Origin: a virus
Taxonomy: Duplodnaviria > Caudoviricetes
Strand: one strand, 5' to 3'
IMG/VR virus record: IMGVR_UViG_3300006056_000001
Span: 125,717 to 189,716 of that record
DNA: 64,000 nt
The stretch's first letter is position 1; each line of letters starts with the position of its first letter. Of the stretch, positions 29,755-38,997 are shown one piece after another. Under the pieces are notes generated by a model that worked only from the letters and a program-made list of their open reading frames with translations, was not told where the DNA came from and did no database searches. The position numbers and the translations under genes were made by a program.

Positions 29755-30024
29755 ATGACTAAGAAATCCTACCCTACTGATGTCTCTAATGAGATCGTTC
29801 AAATTTCCGCTGCCCTTTCAGGCTTAGTAAAGTCTACTAACACTAGTGTTCGTAGCATTGCTCAGTTTGCAGGGATCAGTGTAAACTCTGTAAAGAGTGT
29901 ATTATCTGGTAAGACCGCTAATATTGCCACCTATGCCTTGATTGCTAAGGCATTAGGCACTAGCTTAATTGCCGTGGTACAATCCATGGGAAGCACTTCA
30001 AGCGCTTCTGTTGTTAATGTCTAA
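29755..30024 (+). CDS. XRE/Cro-like HTH DNA-binding protein
   Basis: SVRSIAQFAGISVNSVKSVLSGKTANIATYALIAKALG. Confidence 0.85.
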   Translation: MTKKSYPTDVSNEIVQISAALSGLVKSTNTSVRSIAQFAGISVNSVKSVLSGKTANIATYALIAKALGTSLIAVVQSMGSTSSASVVNV

Positions 30025-30586
30025 CAAAAAACTATTAGAAGATAAAATAAAAAAAGAATTACCAGACATAGTTAAGAAAATAAAGGACGGAGACTCTTCT
30101 GCTAAAGAAGATTTCTCCGTTCTTCTTTTACCATATATAAGATTCTTGATTAAGAAGTTTGCTAATTCTTTAGATAAAGCTGAAGAACTAGACTCTCTAG
30201 CAAATCTTATTACAGTAAGACTTCTTTATCTAAAATTAGATAAGATAGATATGTCTAAGTCTTTTGTAGGCTATATCTGTAGAACAGTAAATAATTACTG
30301 TATAGATGAGATTATAAAAACAACTAGAAAGAAGAGAAAAGCAAAGTTAGTTTCTGAAGTTTATTTAAATAACGTAGGTGTTTCTGAGCCTCAATTCTCT
30401 CCTGAATTTGAGATTCAAAGTTCTTTTACTAAAGAAGATAGTGAAATAATTGAGCTTTTCTTCTTACAAGATAAGACTTACAAAGAGATATCTGTGTTAA
30501 CAGGCAGACCAATAACACAAATAAAGAGCACAATTGAAGAATCCATTCGAGTTTATAGAGACAGTCAAACACTTACCAGTGATTAG
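30017..30586 (+). CDS. sigma-70/ECF-like sigma factor
   Basis: IKDGDSSAKE, region 2 FVGYICRTVNNYCID, region 4 FLQDKTYKEIS; ATG 30017 preferred. Confidence 0.75.
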   Translation: MSNKKLLEDKIKKELPDIVKKIKDGDSSAKEDFSVLLLPYIRFLIKKFANSLDKAEELDSLANLITVRLLYLKLDKIDMSKSFVGYICRTVNNYCIDEIIKTTRKKRKAKLVSEVYLNNVGVSEPQFSPEFEIQSSFTKEDSEIIELFFLQDKTYKEISVLTGRPITQIKSTIEESIRVYRDSQTLTSD

Positions 30587-31028
30587 CGAAGACTCGTATC
30601 ACGAAGTTAGTATAAAGGTACAAAAAGAAGATAAAAATCTTATACCTTCTTTGACTATTAAATTTATTATAAACTCTACTGAGTTTAGAATTGATCAAGG
30701 TTATCTAACGATAACAGATAGGAATCAAGACAACTTAAAAGAGTATAAGGTAGACGAGGGAAACTTCATCTATTACAATGCTAAGAAGGAGATAGCTTCT
30801 TTCTTAGTTGTTAATAGCTCTTTTCCAGACAATATTGACCCAGAGAACCTTCAGCATGAGATGCATAACATATTAGGTGCTACTAAAGATAAGCAGCTAA
30901 TACAAGCTTATAGAGTCTTATGTCTGTACTGGTCTATCGTTGATTCCGGCCTCGATATGTCTGAGGGACTTCTTTTTCCTCAGGGTCCAGAAGAAGCTAT
31001 TGGAGATCTTACTCCTCCTTGGGAGTAA
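30534..31028 (+). CDS. hypothetical protein
   Basis: Last + strand ORF before the convergent junction. Confidence 0.6.
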   Translation: MKNPFEFIETVKHLPVISEDSYHEVSIKVQKEDKNLIPSLTIKFIINSTEFRIDQGYLTITDRNQDNLKEYKVDEGNFIYYNAKKEIASFLVVNSSFPDNIDPENLQHEMHNILGATKDKQLIQAYRVLCLYWSIVDSGLDMSEGLLFPQGPEEAIGDLTPPWE

Positions 31029-31449
31029 TAGAAAGTATTCGATAGAGGTTGGATTTGCTTATGTGTAGTTCCTCTGCGAGCTTTTCATAGCTCCCACAAT
31101 CCTTACCTAGATAAAGATGTTTAAGGAGTGGTTGAAGGAGCAAGCTTATCCTTCCTCTATCAGTTTTATTAAAACTATTTATTACTTCTAAAATTAGATC
31201 ATTAGAAACAGAAATACCGGCCTTAGCCGGTATATTTTTTTTTAAGGGTAAAGTTTTGGTGCCCGAAGTTCTTCTATATTCGTTATATTCTTTATATAAT
31301 AGTTCATTATATGCTAGTAATCCTTGATACCCTTCTAGTTCTGGATTCAACCATAACTTAATATCTTCTTCCTGCTTGACTTCATCAGGATACTTGAGTA
31401 AGTTTTTCGATAGTCTTCTTAAAACTTTCCCGGCTTGATTGTTTCTCAT
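31009..31449 (-). CDS. protein with C-terminal HTH
   Basis: SYEKLAEELHISKSNLYRIL. Confidence 0.7.
   Translation of the reverse strand: MRNNQAGKVLRRLSKNLLKYPDEVKQEEDIKLWLNPELEGYQGLLAYNELLYKEYNEYRRTSGTKTLPLKKNIPAKAGISVSNDLILEVINSFNKTDRGRISLLLQPLLKHLYLGKDCGSYEKLAEELHISKSNLYRILSITPKEE
31214..31243 (+). terminator. + strand terminator embedded in an antisense gene
   Basis: ATACCGGC-CTTA-GCCGGTAT followed by A and a 9-T run, downstream of the + strand operon end. Confidence 0.65.
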
Positions 31450-32587
31450 GTGATATTTTTCTGATTACGTCAGCTATCTTATCTGTGTTCTTTTCTACAC
31501 TATAATTTTCCATTATGGTCTTTCTTGCTTCTATACCATAATTTTGACTAGTATTATTTTTGATCAGCGTATACGCTTTTCTAAGCCCTTCTATGTAGCT
31601 GCCCATGTCAGGCCTAGACCAGTTCTGATAACTGTCGTACAGAGGCGCTGCGGCCTCTGAGCAGGGCATTAAGCTATACTTTATATCTATAGAGTTACTA
31701 TCATTAAGATAGTCTCCGTGTGCTAAGAATCTTGTTGTCAAGATTAGCTTTTCCATAGACATTGCCTGCATAAGTGGTAGATCAAATCCTTCTCCCTTTG
31801 ATACAGATACATAAGCGTTTGAGTATCTTATCAAATTAATGATCTGTTCTTCTTCTAAGATATCACTTATTACATGTATCTTTGGTTTACTTAATAGACC
31901 TGTCGCCCGGTTGTTCAATGTTCTGATTGCATCAGAAATATGCTTCTTTCCTTTACTATCATTACTGCTACTCCACGTCTTTATGATTAAGCATACGTCT
32001 GTTATTCCTTCAAAAGCCGCGTTGAATCCTAATAGTAAATCTTCTAGATTCTTTCTTGGAATAAAGTTACCTATAAATAAGAATTTTACACAGCCGGTGG
32101 GGATATCATTAATTTGAATCTTAGGTCCATCTGGACTCCATATACTCGTATCTAATGTAGCATTCATAGGTATAACAGGCATCATAATATTTCCTTTCTT
32201 AGCAGAATTAACTAGACTATTACACCCAGCAAAGAAGTATTTACAACTCTCGTTTATAATTCTTACCCATTCTCTAGGATATTCATCAGTTTCCCACATA
32301 GCGTAACCTACGTTAATACCGTTAGGATCTGGTCTAAACCTAGTTGGTAAACTATACATGATTCTTAGCCCGCTGTCTGGCTTAGTTTTACTTAATTCTA
32401 TCTGTGCTGTCCAGAAAGGATCTTCTATCTTCATATGTGGTGGAAGATAGTCTTCATCTGGTATAAGCTTGATATCCGCGCCCCCTTCAATAAGGGGTCG
32501 TAACATTCTTCTGGCCTGTAGACCATAGCCCATCTTGGCTGTGATCTCTCCAAACCAATCAAATTTTAAATCTGAGTATTTTCCCAT
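31385..32587 (-). CDS. GT-B (GT4-like) glycosyltransferase
   Basis: MGYG, MWETD, GNFIPRKN, SKGEGFDLPLMQAM. Confidence 0.88.
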   Translation of the reverse strand: MGKYSDLKFDWFGEITAKMGYGLQARRMLRPLIEGGADIKLIPDEDYLPPHMKIEDPFWTAQIELSKTKPDSGLRIMYSLPTRFRPDPNGINVGYAMWETDEYPREWVRIINESCKYFFAGCNSLVNSAKKGNIMMPVIPMNATLDTSIWSPDGPKIQINDIPTGCVKFLFIGNFIPRKNLEDLLLGFNAAFEGITDVCLIIKTWSSSNDSKGKKHISDAIRTLNNRATGLLSKPKIHVISDILEEEQIINLIRYSNAYVSVSKGEGFDLPLMQAMSMEKLILTTRFLAHGDYLNDSNSIDIKYSLMPCSEAAAPLYDSYQNWSRPDMGSYIEGLRKAYTLIKNNTSQNYGIEARKTIMENYSVEKNTDKIADVIRKISHEKQSSRESFKKTIEKLTQVS

Positions 32588-32978
32588 GACATTAGTAGTT
32601 GCTAGTGGTTACTTCAATCCTATACATAAAGGACATATTGAGTATTTAAGGAAGGCCAAAGAGTTAGGTACTAAATTAGTAGTAATTGTTAACTCAGACC
32701 TACAGGTTACATTAAAAGGATCTAAACCTTTTATGGACCAGTATGAACGGTTGCTCATCATAAAAAGTATACGTTATGTAGATGCTGCTATAATATCTAT
32801 AGATGATGATAAGAGTGTTTGTAAGACTTTAGAATTACTAAAGCCAGATATATTTGCTAAAGGCGGAGATAGGTATTCTAATGAGATTCCAGAAAGCGGC
32901 GTATGTAATAAATTTAACATAAAGATAGTAGATGGCCTAGGGGACAAGATACAGAGTTCAAGCACATTACTTAAATGA
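32586..32978 (+). CDS. cytidylyltransferase-family nucleotidyltransferase (TagD/RfaE-like)
   Basis: MTLVVASGYFNPIHKGH (HxGH), VNSD, ER, KGGDR, SSS; true start ATG 32586. Confidence 0.88.
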   Translation: MTLVVASGYFNPIHKGHIEYLRKAKELGTKLVVIVNSDLQVTLKGSKPFMDQYERLLIIKSIRYVDAAIISIDDDKSVCKTLELLKPDIFAKGGDRYSNEIPESGVCNKFNIKIVDGLGDKIQSSSTLLK

Positions 32979-33268
32979 GATTAAATAAGAACTGTATGAC
33001 TTTACGTATGTTACAGATAGCATCTAATATCTGTGACGAAGATGGTCACTTTACTCTAACTTCTTTAAGCAAAGAATTTTATAAAACTTTTCCTCAATAT
33101 AAATTTTTATTTAAAGCTTCTTTATCAAATAGAATAGGTGATATGTCTTATGGCCCTAAAGCTTATTTACAAAGAACAGGATATGGTAGTTATAAAATAA
33201 AAGCTGCTACAGCAGACTATCTTATACAAAATAATTTATTAATATTTAAAGAACCACATGTTATATAA
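32975..33268 (+). CDS. putative winged-helix protein
   Basis: FTL..L...F...FP...L....G...YLQRTGYGSYKI, a wing-like C-terminus. Confidence 0.4.
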   Translation: MRLNKNCMTLRMLQIASNICDEDGHFTLTSLSKEFYKTFPQYKFLFKASLSNRIGDMSYGPKAYLQRTGYGSYKIKAATADYLIQNNLLIFKEPHVI

Positions 33269-34715
33269 CAGTACTATATATCTTTCCACTATTTATAGGT
33301 AGTGGTTTTGTCATCATGTTTGACAAAATATTATCCCAGGCATCTACCATGTGTGGTATAGAAAACTGACTAATGTGGGATCTGCCTTTCATTCCAAGTA
33401 GCTTACGCTCTTGTGGGTTTCTTATTAGTCTTAGTAGTTGCTTTACCGCGTGTCCTGTATCTACTACAGCACGCTGGATACCGTGTATAATTTCTGGCTG
33501 GTAGGTACATCTAACTCCTAGTCCTCCAAACTTAGAGAACTCTGCATGACTAGAGTAATTAGAGAATACAATAGGTGTACCGGCTGCCATACACTCTGCT
33601 GAAGGATTAGAGAAGCCTTCGCCGCCTGAAGGATAAAGCATACAATCCCAGGCCCCTAGAATCAAGGCTACATCTTGCTGTTTGATTCCACTAAGTCCTC
33701 TAAGATTATTAGTAAAGAGACACTTGTTTTGAAGATTCCACATTCTTTCATGTAGATCTGCATTATACCCAGGTTCATCTTTACCCATATGGAACCACAT
33801 ATAAAATTTATCATTAGGAATCCCAGGTGTAATATTTTTTGATTTACAATACCAACAATATTGATATCTATAATCTTCATCATACATAGTAATCTTATCT
33901 AGTTCCCCAGGATACATGTCTGGTTTCTTGATTTCTCTAGTACTATGATTCCATTCCTTAATAGTTATTTCTTTACAATCATTACATTCAATGTAATCAC
34001 CATATACAATATAGTGGGCTATCTCCCAAAGCTTATGGTTCTGTTTTCTGAACTGATTCTTACCGAGCCATCCACATAAAAATATATCATTAGATAAGTT
34101 CTTAGGTATCAGTTTACTTCTTATCTTATTTCTCTGCTCTTCACTTAATACTGGATACCGGCGCATATCTAATGGATGATACATTACCTTAATATCTTTA
34201 TCAGCTAATTCTTTATTACCTCTGGTAAGTACTTCTTTACCAAAGTGAGACAGAACTACAACCTGATCTGCTTTGCATAGTTTACTTCCCCAATCTGTAC
34301 TCATATCTGCATGCAGGTGCCCATAATATGGTTGCCCATCTATAGTATAATAGGTAAGTAGTCTATAAGAATTTCTAAGAGGAGAGGAAAGCATATGATC
34401 AAAGTGCCACATGTCTCCATATCCAAAACAAATGTCAGGATTAATTTTTGATACTAGTTCATCAAAAGATTTTTGACCATATTGATCTTCATGATCCGGC
34501 ATTAATCCTTGTGGTCCTTGTACTACTTTAGTAGGATATATAGGCCACGGAACTGGTTCTTTCATAGGTCCAAAATGATGGTATCCTAATTGATGAATCT
34601 CATACTTATTACCATACTTCTCTAGTAATGGTATAAAAATATTTCTTGTTGTTTCTGAAAGTCCCGAGTGTAGCCCAGCACTAAAAGTAGATATAAGAAT
34701 CTTTGTTTTACTCAT
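33261..34715 (-). CDS. GT-B (GT4-like) glycosyltransferase with zinc-ribbon insertion
   Basis: HSGLS, GKNQFRK, PSGGEGFSNPSAECMAAGTP; inserted CNDC...CWYC segment. Confidence 0.85.
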   Translation of the reverse strand: MSKTKILISTFSAGLHSGLSETTRNIFIPLLEKYGNKYEIHQLGYHHFGPMKEPVPWPIYPTKVVQGPQGLMPDHEDQYGQKSFDELVSKINPDICFGYGDMWHFDHMLSSPLRNSYRLLTYYTIDGQPYYGHLHADMSTDWGSKLCKADQVVVLSHFGKEVLTRGNKELADKDIKVMYHPLDMRRYPVLSEEQRNKIRSKLIPKNLSNDIFLCGWLGKNQFRKQNHKLWEIAHYIVYGDYIECNDCKEITIKEWNHSTREIKKPDMYPGELDKITMYDEDYRYQYCWYCKSKNITPGIPNDKFYMWFHMGKDEPGYNADLHERMWNLQNKCLFTNNLRGLSGIKQQDVALILGAWDCMLYPSGGEGFSNPSAECMAAGTPIVFSNYSSHAEFSKFGGLGVRCTYQPEIIHGIQRAVVDTGHAVKQLLRLIRNPQERKLLGMKGRSHISQFSIPHMVDAWDNILSNMMTKPLPINSGKIYSTVI

Positions 34716-35410
34716 TTTTTATTAATGTTCCAAGAACACTTCTTATTATGTTCGCAACCTATACAAGACATGTATTCTGCTTTAGGATAAAACAGTTTTT
34801 GTTTTATTCCTTCTGTTATATTTTTATAACTTTTATATACTTCTTCTTTTTCTAAAAGAACTTTATACATTAGTTCTCCTGTATACTCTTTAAACAATAC
34901 CACTTCAGTGTCTTGTTTTAGATTGTAATAAATAAGATTCATTAGTAATTTAATTATACTAGAATTCTCATTTAACATACTATAATTTTTTTCTATATTT
35001 ACTAAACTATATGCTTTTCCATTTGAATAATATTTTGTATAAAAATATATAAGGCTAACATCATTATACTCAATAATTCTAGGTATATTAAAATGTTCTA
35101 CACTTTCTATAGAACTAAAGTTTGTAGATATTGTTTTAACTTTACTCTTTAGTAAAAGCTTTTCCTTTAAAGTAGGTTGATATGTAGCTTTATTCTTTAT
35201 ATCATTCCATATATAGTTTAATTTCTGATCTAATTTAGTTATATTAATTTTTTGATCATTAATACTTAAAAGAAAGCAGTGATTTAGTAAGTGTCTATTA
35301 ATATAAATTTTGATATCAGAAAAAGTACTTAATTCTTTTTCTTTGGAAAAAGTAAGTCTATGGGAGCATACGTAATAGTCTAATAACTCGTCTATAGATA
35401 TAGCAAACAT
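34712..35410 (-). CDS. degenerate Cas4/RecB-like Fe-S protein
   Basis: N-terminal YVCSHR and C-terminal CIGCEHNKKC; no D...ExK catalytic motif visible. Confidence 0.55.
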   Translation of the reverse strand: MFAISIDELLDYYVCSHRLTFSKEKELSTFSDIKIYINRHLLNHCFLLSINDQKINITKLDQKLNYIWNDIKNKATYQPTLKEKLLLKSKVKTISTNFSSIESVEHFNIPRIIEYNDVSLIYFYTKYYSNGKAYSLVNIEKNYSMLNENSSIIKLLMNLIYYNLKQDTEVVLFKEYTGELMYKVLLEKEEVYKSYKNITEGIKQKLFYPKAEYMSCIGCEHNKKCSWNINKK

Positions 35411-35433
35411 AAAGACTTATACGATAAAAAAAT

Positions 35434-37941
35434 ATGTCTAGTAATCTACAAGAATTGATAAACCAAGTAAAGCCATATCTAAGACAATACTTAATAGAAA
35501 ATGGCGTTCAGATAACAAAGAAAGGCAATACAGAATTTTTCTGCTGTATTCACCCAGATCACCCAGATAAGAATCCATCTAGTGGATTTGTTAAGGGTAC
35601 TGGAGATCAACAAATGCATTGCTTTAGCTGTACAGCTAGTGGTGATATATTCACCGCAGCTAGTTGGCTAGAAAAGAAACCATTACATGGTTTAGCATTC
35701 GTTAAAGAAAACTTAGAGTATCTATTAAATAGATATGATATTGAATATAAGTTAGAGTACACAGAAGAACAACTAGTAGGATTAAAAGTAGATGCTATAT
35801 ATGAAGAAGCAGCTAGACTTCTTACTTCTATAGAGTCTTCTACAGGTAAATTTAGATATATAGATGTACAGCCTTGTATAGATAGGGGCTGGACAGAAGC
35901 TATTTGTAAAAAGATAGGAGTAGGTGCTATAAAAGACTACTCTGTATTTGCAAAAGACGTAGCAAAAAATGTAGGTCTTACTGTTGAAGACGTACAGAAG
36001 CACGGTATTAGAAAAGAACTATTTGGTTCTGACAGAATTTCTATTACCATAAAAGACCACAAGAGTAGAGTTAGAGGATTTGTATCTAGGTTCCTTAATT
36101 GGACCAAAGGATCTGATACTCCAAAGTACTATAATACTTCTATAGAAGATAATCCTAACTACCATAAAGACAGTATTCTATTCTGTTTAGATCTGGCAAA
36201 AAACTATAACAGTTTACGATTAGACATATTTGAAGGATATGGCAGCGCCATAGTAGGTCATCAAAATTCTTATCATAACTGTGTAGCTATTGGTAGTACA
36301 GCTTTTACAGATAAACATATAGAGCTAATAAGACAATTAGGTTTTAATCATATTAACTTCGTCTTAGATCAAGATAAGACAGGATATGATATGATGGAAA
36401 AATATATTGAAAGATTTGGTAATTATCCTGGCTTAGAAGTTACTATTACAAACTTACCATTAACTGAAAAAGATCTTTCTGTCCCCGGACAAAATGATCC
36501 TGATTATTATATAAGAACATATGGTTTAGATTCTTATAGAAAAGTTAAACCAGAAGGTTTGTTCGAACACATGATATTAAAGAAGAAAGAATATTTAAGC
36601 ATGGATACTAATCCTGTCTTTACAAAGAACTTTGTTAAGCAGGTAATCCCTTTGATTATTAATCAGGTAGACATGATAGAAAGATCTGTAATGATCAATA
36701 CTCTATCTGATCTAACTAAGATAGATAAGGATGATATTAGACAAGAAATTACTAGATTAGAAAAAACAGATGTAAGAGCTATAAGAGAAGAGATTGCTAG
36801 AAAGGTAAGAAATACTAGTAGTCCAGATGACTTAAAGGATGTATTACAGAAATATTCTGATACTATACAAGACGCGGGTATTACAAAAAATGACAAGTAC
36901 TTATCTTCTATTTCTGAGAGTATAGAAGTATTTGATTCTATATTTGTAGATATGAATACTATGCCAGAAGGTATACACGGATGGTCTACTGGCTTCCCTA
37001 TGTTTGATAACATGTTAGATGGTATTCCTAAGCCTATAAAGGGCGGTGTAGCCATCGGGTTTGCTAGTGCTCCTCAGCATGGTAAGTCTGCTATTATGTT
37101 GAATCTAGCGGTAAATCTGGCGCGTAATAACGATGACATTGCAGTCTGTTATTGGGCTATTGATGACCATAGAAAGGCTATTGCATATAGATTAGTATCT
37201 ATGATAAGTGGAGTACCTATGAAAAAGGTACGTAATACTGTAAAGAGAACAGAAGAAGAAGACAAGCTTATTAGAGACGCACAAGAAATTATTAGAGAAC
37301 TTACTAATTCTAGAAAGCTTATATTCAAAGATGATCGTTATGGCAGAAGTAAATCCAAAGCAGATGCTTGGTTAAAAGAAACACAAGACGCCACAGGTAA
37401 TCATATATTATTCTGTGTAGACTCTTTGCATAATGTTCAAGGAGAAGGTGAATCTGAAACAAGAGTTAAAATATTAACTACATCTACTTGGCTAAAGAGC
37501 CTCTGTGCCAAGATGCCTGCTACTATTATGACTAGTATAGAACTAGTCAAAAATAAGACTAGAGGTGAAAAGCCAACCCTCATGTCTATTTCTGAATCAG
37601 GCAAAGTAGAATTTGACTTTGATACTTTGGCTATTGTATGGAATGAATCTCAAGGATGCTACTTACCTGTAGACTCTGTTTCTGCTAAGTGGGGAGTTCC
37701 TGGTAATTATAAACCTATAATAGAGTTAGACTTCCAAAAGAACAAGGCAGGCGCCGGTGAGAAGGGATCTTTATTCCTTAAGTATGATACAGAAACTACT
37801 GCTTTCGTTGATTGTCTAAGCTCTCAGCAATATAGAGCACATGCGAGCGGACCAAGTACTGTAGTTGGTAACTCTGGAACAGTATATAAATTTGATGCTG
37901 CCCAGCAACCTCCTAAAGAAACTACTTGGAACGACGTATAA
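35434..37941 (+). CDS. DNA primase-helicase fusion
   Basis: Zinc finger C..H.D..PS...HCFSC...GD; GFVSR...PKYYN; TOPRIM FEGY, LDQD..G, DPD; DnaB-like ASAPQHGKS, VDSLH, ESGKVEFD, QKNK. Confidence 0.92.
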   Translation: MSSNLQELINQVKPYLRQYLIENGVQITKKGNTEFFCCIHPDHPDKNPSSGFVKGTGDQQMHCFSCTASGDIFTAASWLEKKPLHGLAFVKENLEYLLNRYDIEYKLEYTEEQLVGLKVDAIYEEAARLLTSIESSTGKFRYIDVQPCIDRGWTEAICKKIGVGAIKDYSVFAKDVAKNVGLTVEDVQKHGIRKELFGSDRISITIKDHKSRVRGFVSRFLNWTKGSDTPKYYNTSIEDNPNYHKDSILFCLDLAKNYNSLRLDIFEGYGSAIVGHQNSYHNCVAIGSTAFTDKHIELIRQLGFNHINFVLDQDKTGYDMMEKYIERFGNYPGLEVTITNLPLTEKDLSVPGQNDPDYYIRTYGLDSYRKVKPEGLFEHMILKKKEYLSMDTNPVFTKNFVKQVIPLIINQVDMIERSVMINTLSDLTKIDKDDIRQEITRLEKTDVRAIREEIARKVRNTSSPDDLKDVLQKYSDTIQDAGITKNDKYLSSISESIEVFDSIFVDMNTMPEGIHGWSTGFPMFDNMLDGIPKPIKGGVAIGFASAPQHGKSAIMLNLAVNLARNNDDIAVCYWAIDDHRKAIAYRLVSMISGVPMKKVRNTVKRTEEEDKLIRDAQEIIRELTNSRKLIFKDDRYGRSKSKADAWLKETQDATGNHILFCVDSLHNVQGEGESETRVKILTTSTWLKSLCAKMPATIMTSIELVKNKTRGEKPTLMSISESGKVEFDFDTLAIVWNESQGCYLPVDSVSAKWGVPGNYKPIIELDFQKNKAGAGEKGSLFLKYDTETTAFVDCLSSQQYRAHASGPSTVVGNSGTVYKFDAAQQPPKETTWNDV

Positions 37942-37947
37942 AAATAT

Positions 37948-38997
37948 ATGAATTACCTTTCTAACAAACTTTCAAAAGCCCTTAACATACCACCATTTAC
38001 AAATACTAAGAAATCTTCTTCTCTTACTCCTAGCGCATCTTCTGTAGAAATTACTTTACCAGATGGGTCTAAGAAAGTTGTAGGCTCTTGTCATAGACAA
38101 CAGTTCTATAAGATAAAAGGATTCAATGAGGATTCCGATGGTGTAGTAAATATTGACTGGACATTAGCGGCTATAATGGGAGACCATATGCACAATATGC
38201 TTAACAAGCTTATTGAAGATTATGGTTTCCCTATGGGCTTACAGAAGCTATCTAGCGAGCACGCTATATTTAATAAAGAACTTAACTTCTCAGGAAGATC
38301 AGATATCATAGCCTGGGATGTTTCTAAAGATGAACCTATTGGTATAGAAATTAAGTCTATAGGCGAGTTCAAAGCTAAGAAAGCTATGGAACAACCTATT
38401 GAAGAACACGTTATTCAGTCTGTTATTTACTTAGATTTTTATAATAGAAATATTATACCAGGCCAAAAGAAAATTAACAAATGGTTTATTTGGTACATAT
38501 CTAGAACAGAGAATTGGTCTATTAAAGCAAAAGAGCACGGTAGTCCTTTTGCAATGTTATGGGACTTTTGTATTAGATTAGAAAACGGAGTTCCTATTAT
38601 TAGTTTACCTAATGGTGTTGAACAAGAATGGAAAGATTATTCTATAGAAAATATATATAAAAGATATGACTTATTACTGTCTTATATAAAAACTGATACA
38701 CTTCCTCCTAGAGATTATGATATTAAGTATTCTGAAGAAAAGATTACAGGATTATATAAACAAGGAAAGATAACTAAGAAAACAGATATAGCTTATATAG
38801 AATCTTGGATTAAGAAAGGAGCGCCACAAGATAAACTTAAAGTAGAGATGGGAGATGCTGAGTGTATGTTCTGTGAATATAAGAAAAGATGTTGGGATAA
38901 TATAGTCAATGATAAACTAAAGAGATTCTCTAACTTACCTTTAGATGTTAATAAGACTCCAAAACCAAAAGGAGAATCTACTTTAGATTTCCTATGA
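37948..38997 (+). CDS. Cas4-like PD-(D/E)XK exonuclease
   Basis: CHRQ, GDHMH, SGRSD, IEIKS, Q...Y, CMFCEYKKRC. Confidence 0.85.
   Translation: MNYLSNKLSKALNIPPFTNTKKSSSLTPSASSVEITLPDGSKKVVGSCHRQQFYKIKGFNEDSDGVVNIDWTLAAIMGDHMHNMLNKLIEDYGFPMGLQKLSSEHAIFNKELNFSGRSDIIAWDVSKDEPIGIEIKSIGEFKAKKAMEQPIEEHVIQSVIYLDFYNRNIIPGQKKINKWFIWYISRTENWSIKAKEHGSPFAMLWDFCIRLENGVPIISLPNGVEQEWKDYSIENIYKRYDLLLSYIKTDTLPPRDYDIKYSEEKITGLYKQGKITKKTDIAYIESWIKKGAPQDKLKVEMGDAECMFCEYKKRCWDNIVNDKLKRFSNLPLDVNKTPKPKGESTLDFL

Noticed and set aside
32535-32585. N-terminal extension of the nucleotidyltransferase
   Set aside because: Antisense to the GT start; the family fold begins at ATG 32586
13944-37941. Inteins or further introns in polA, nrdJ or the primase-helicase
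   Set aside because: Lengths and motif spacing are normal and no splice-junction or endonuclease motifs were seen
34712-38997. CRISPR-Cas locus suggested by Cas4-like genes
   Set aside because: No repeat-spacer array or other cas genes seen; solo Cas4-like nucleases are common in phage replication modules
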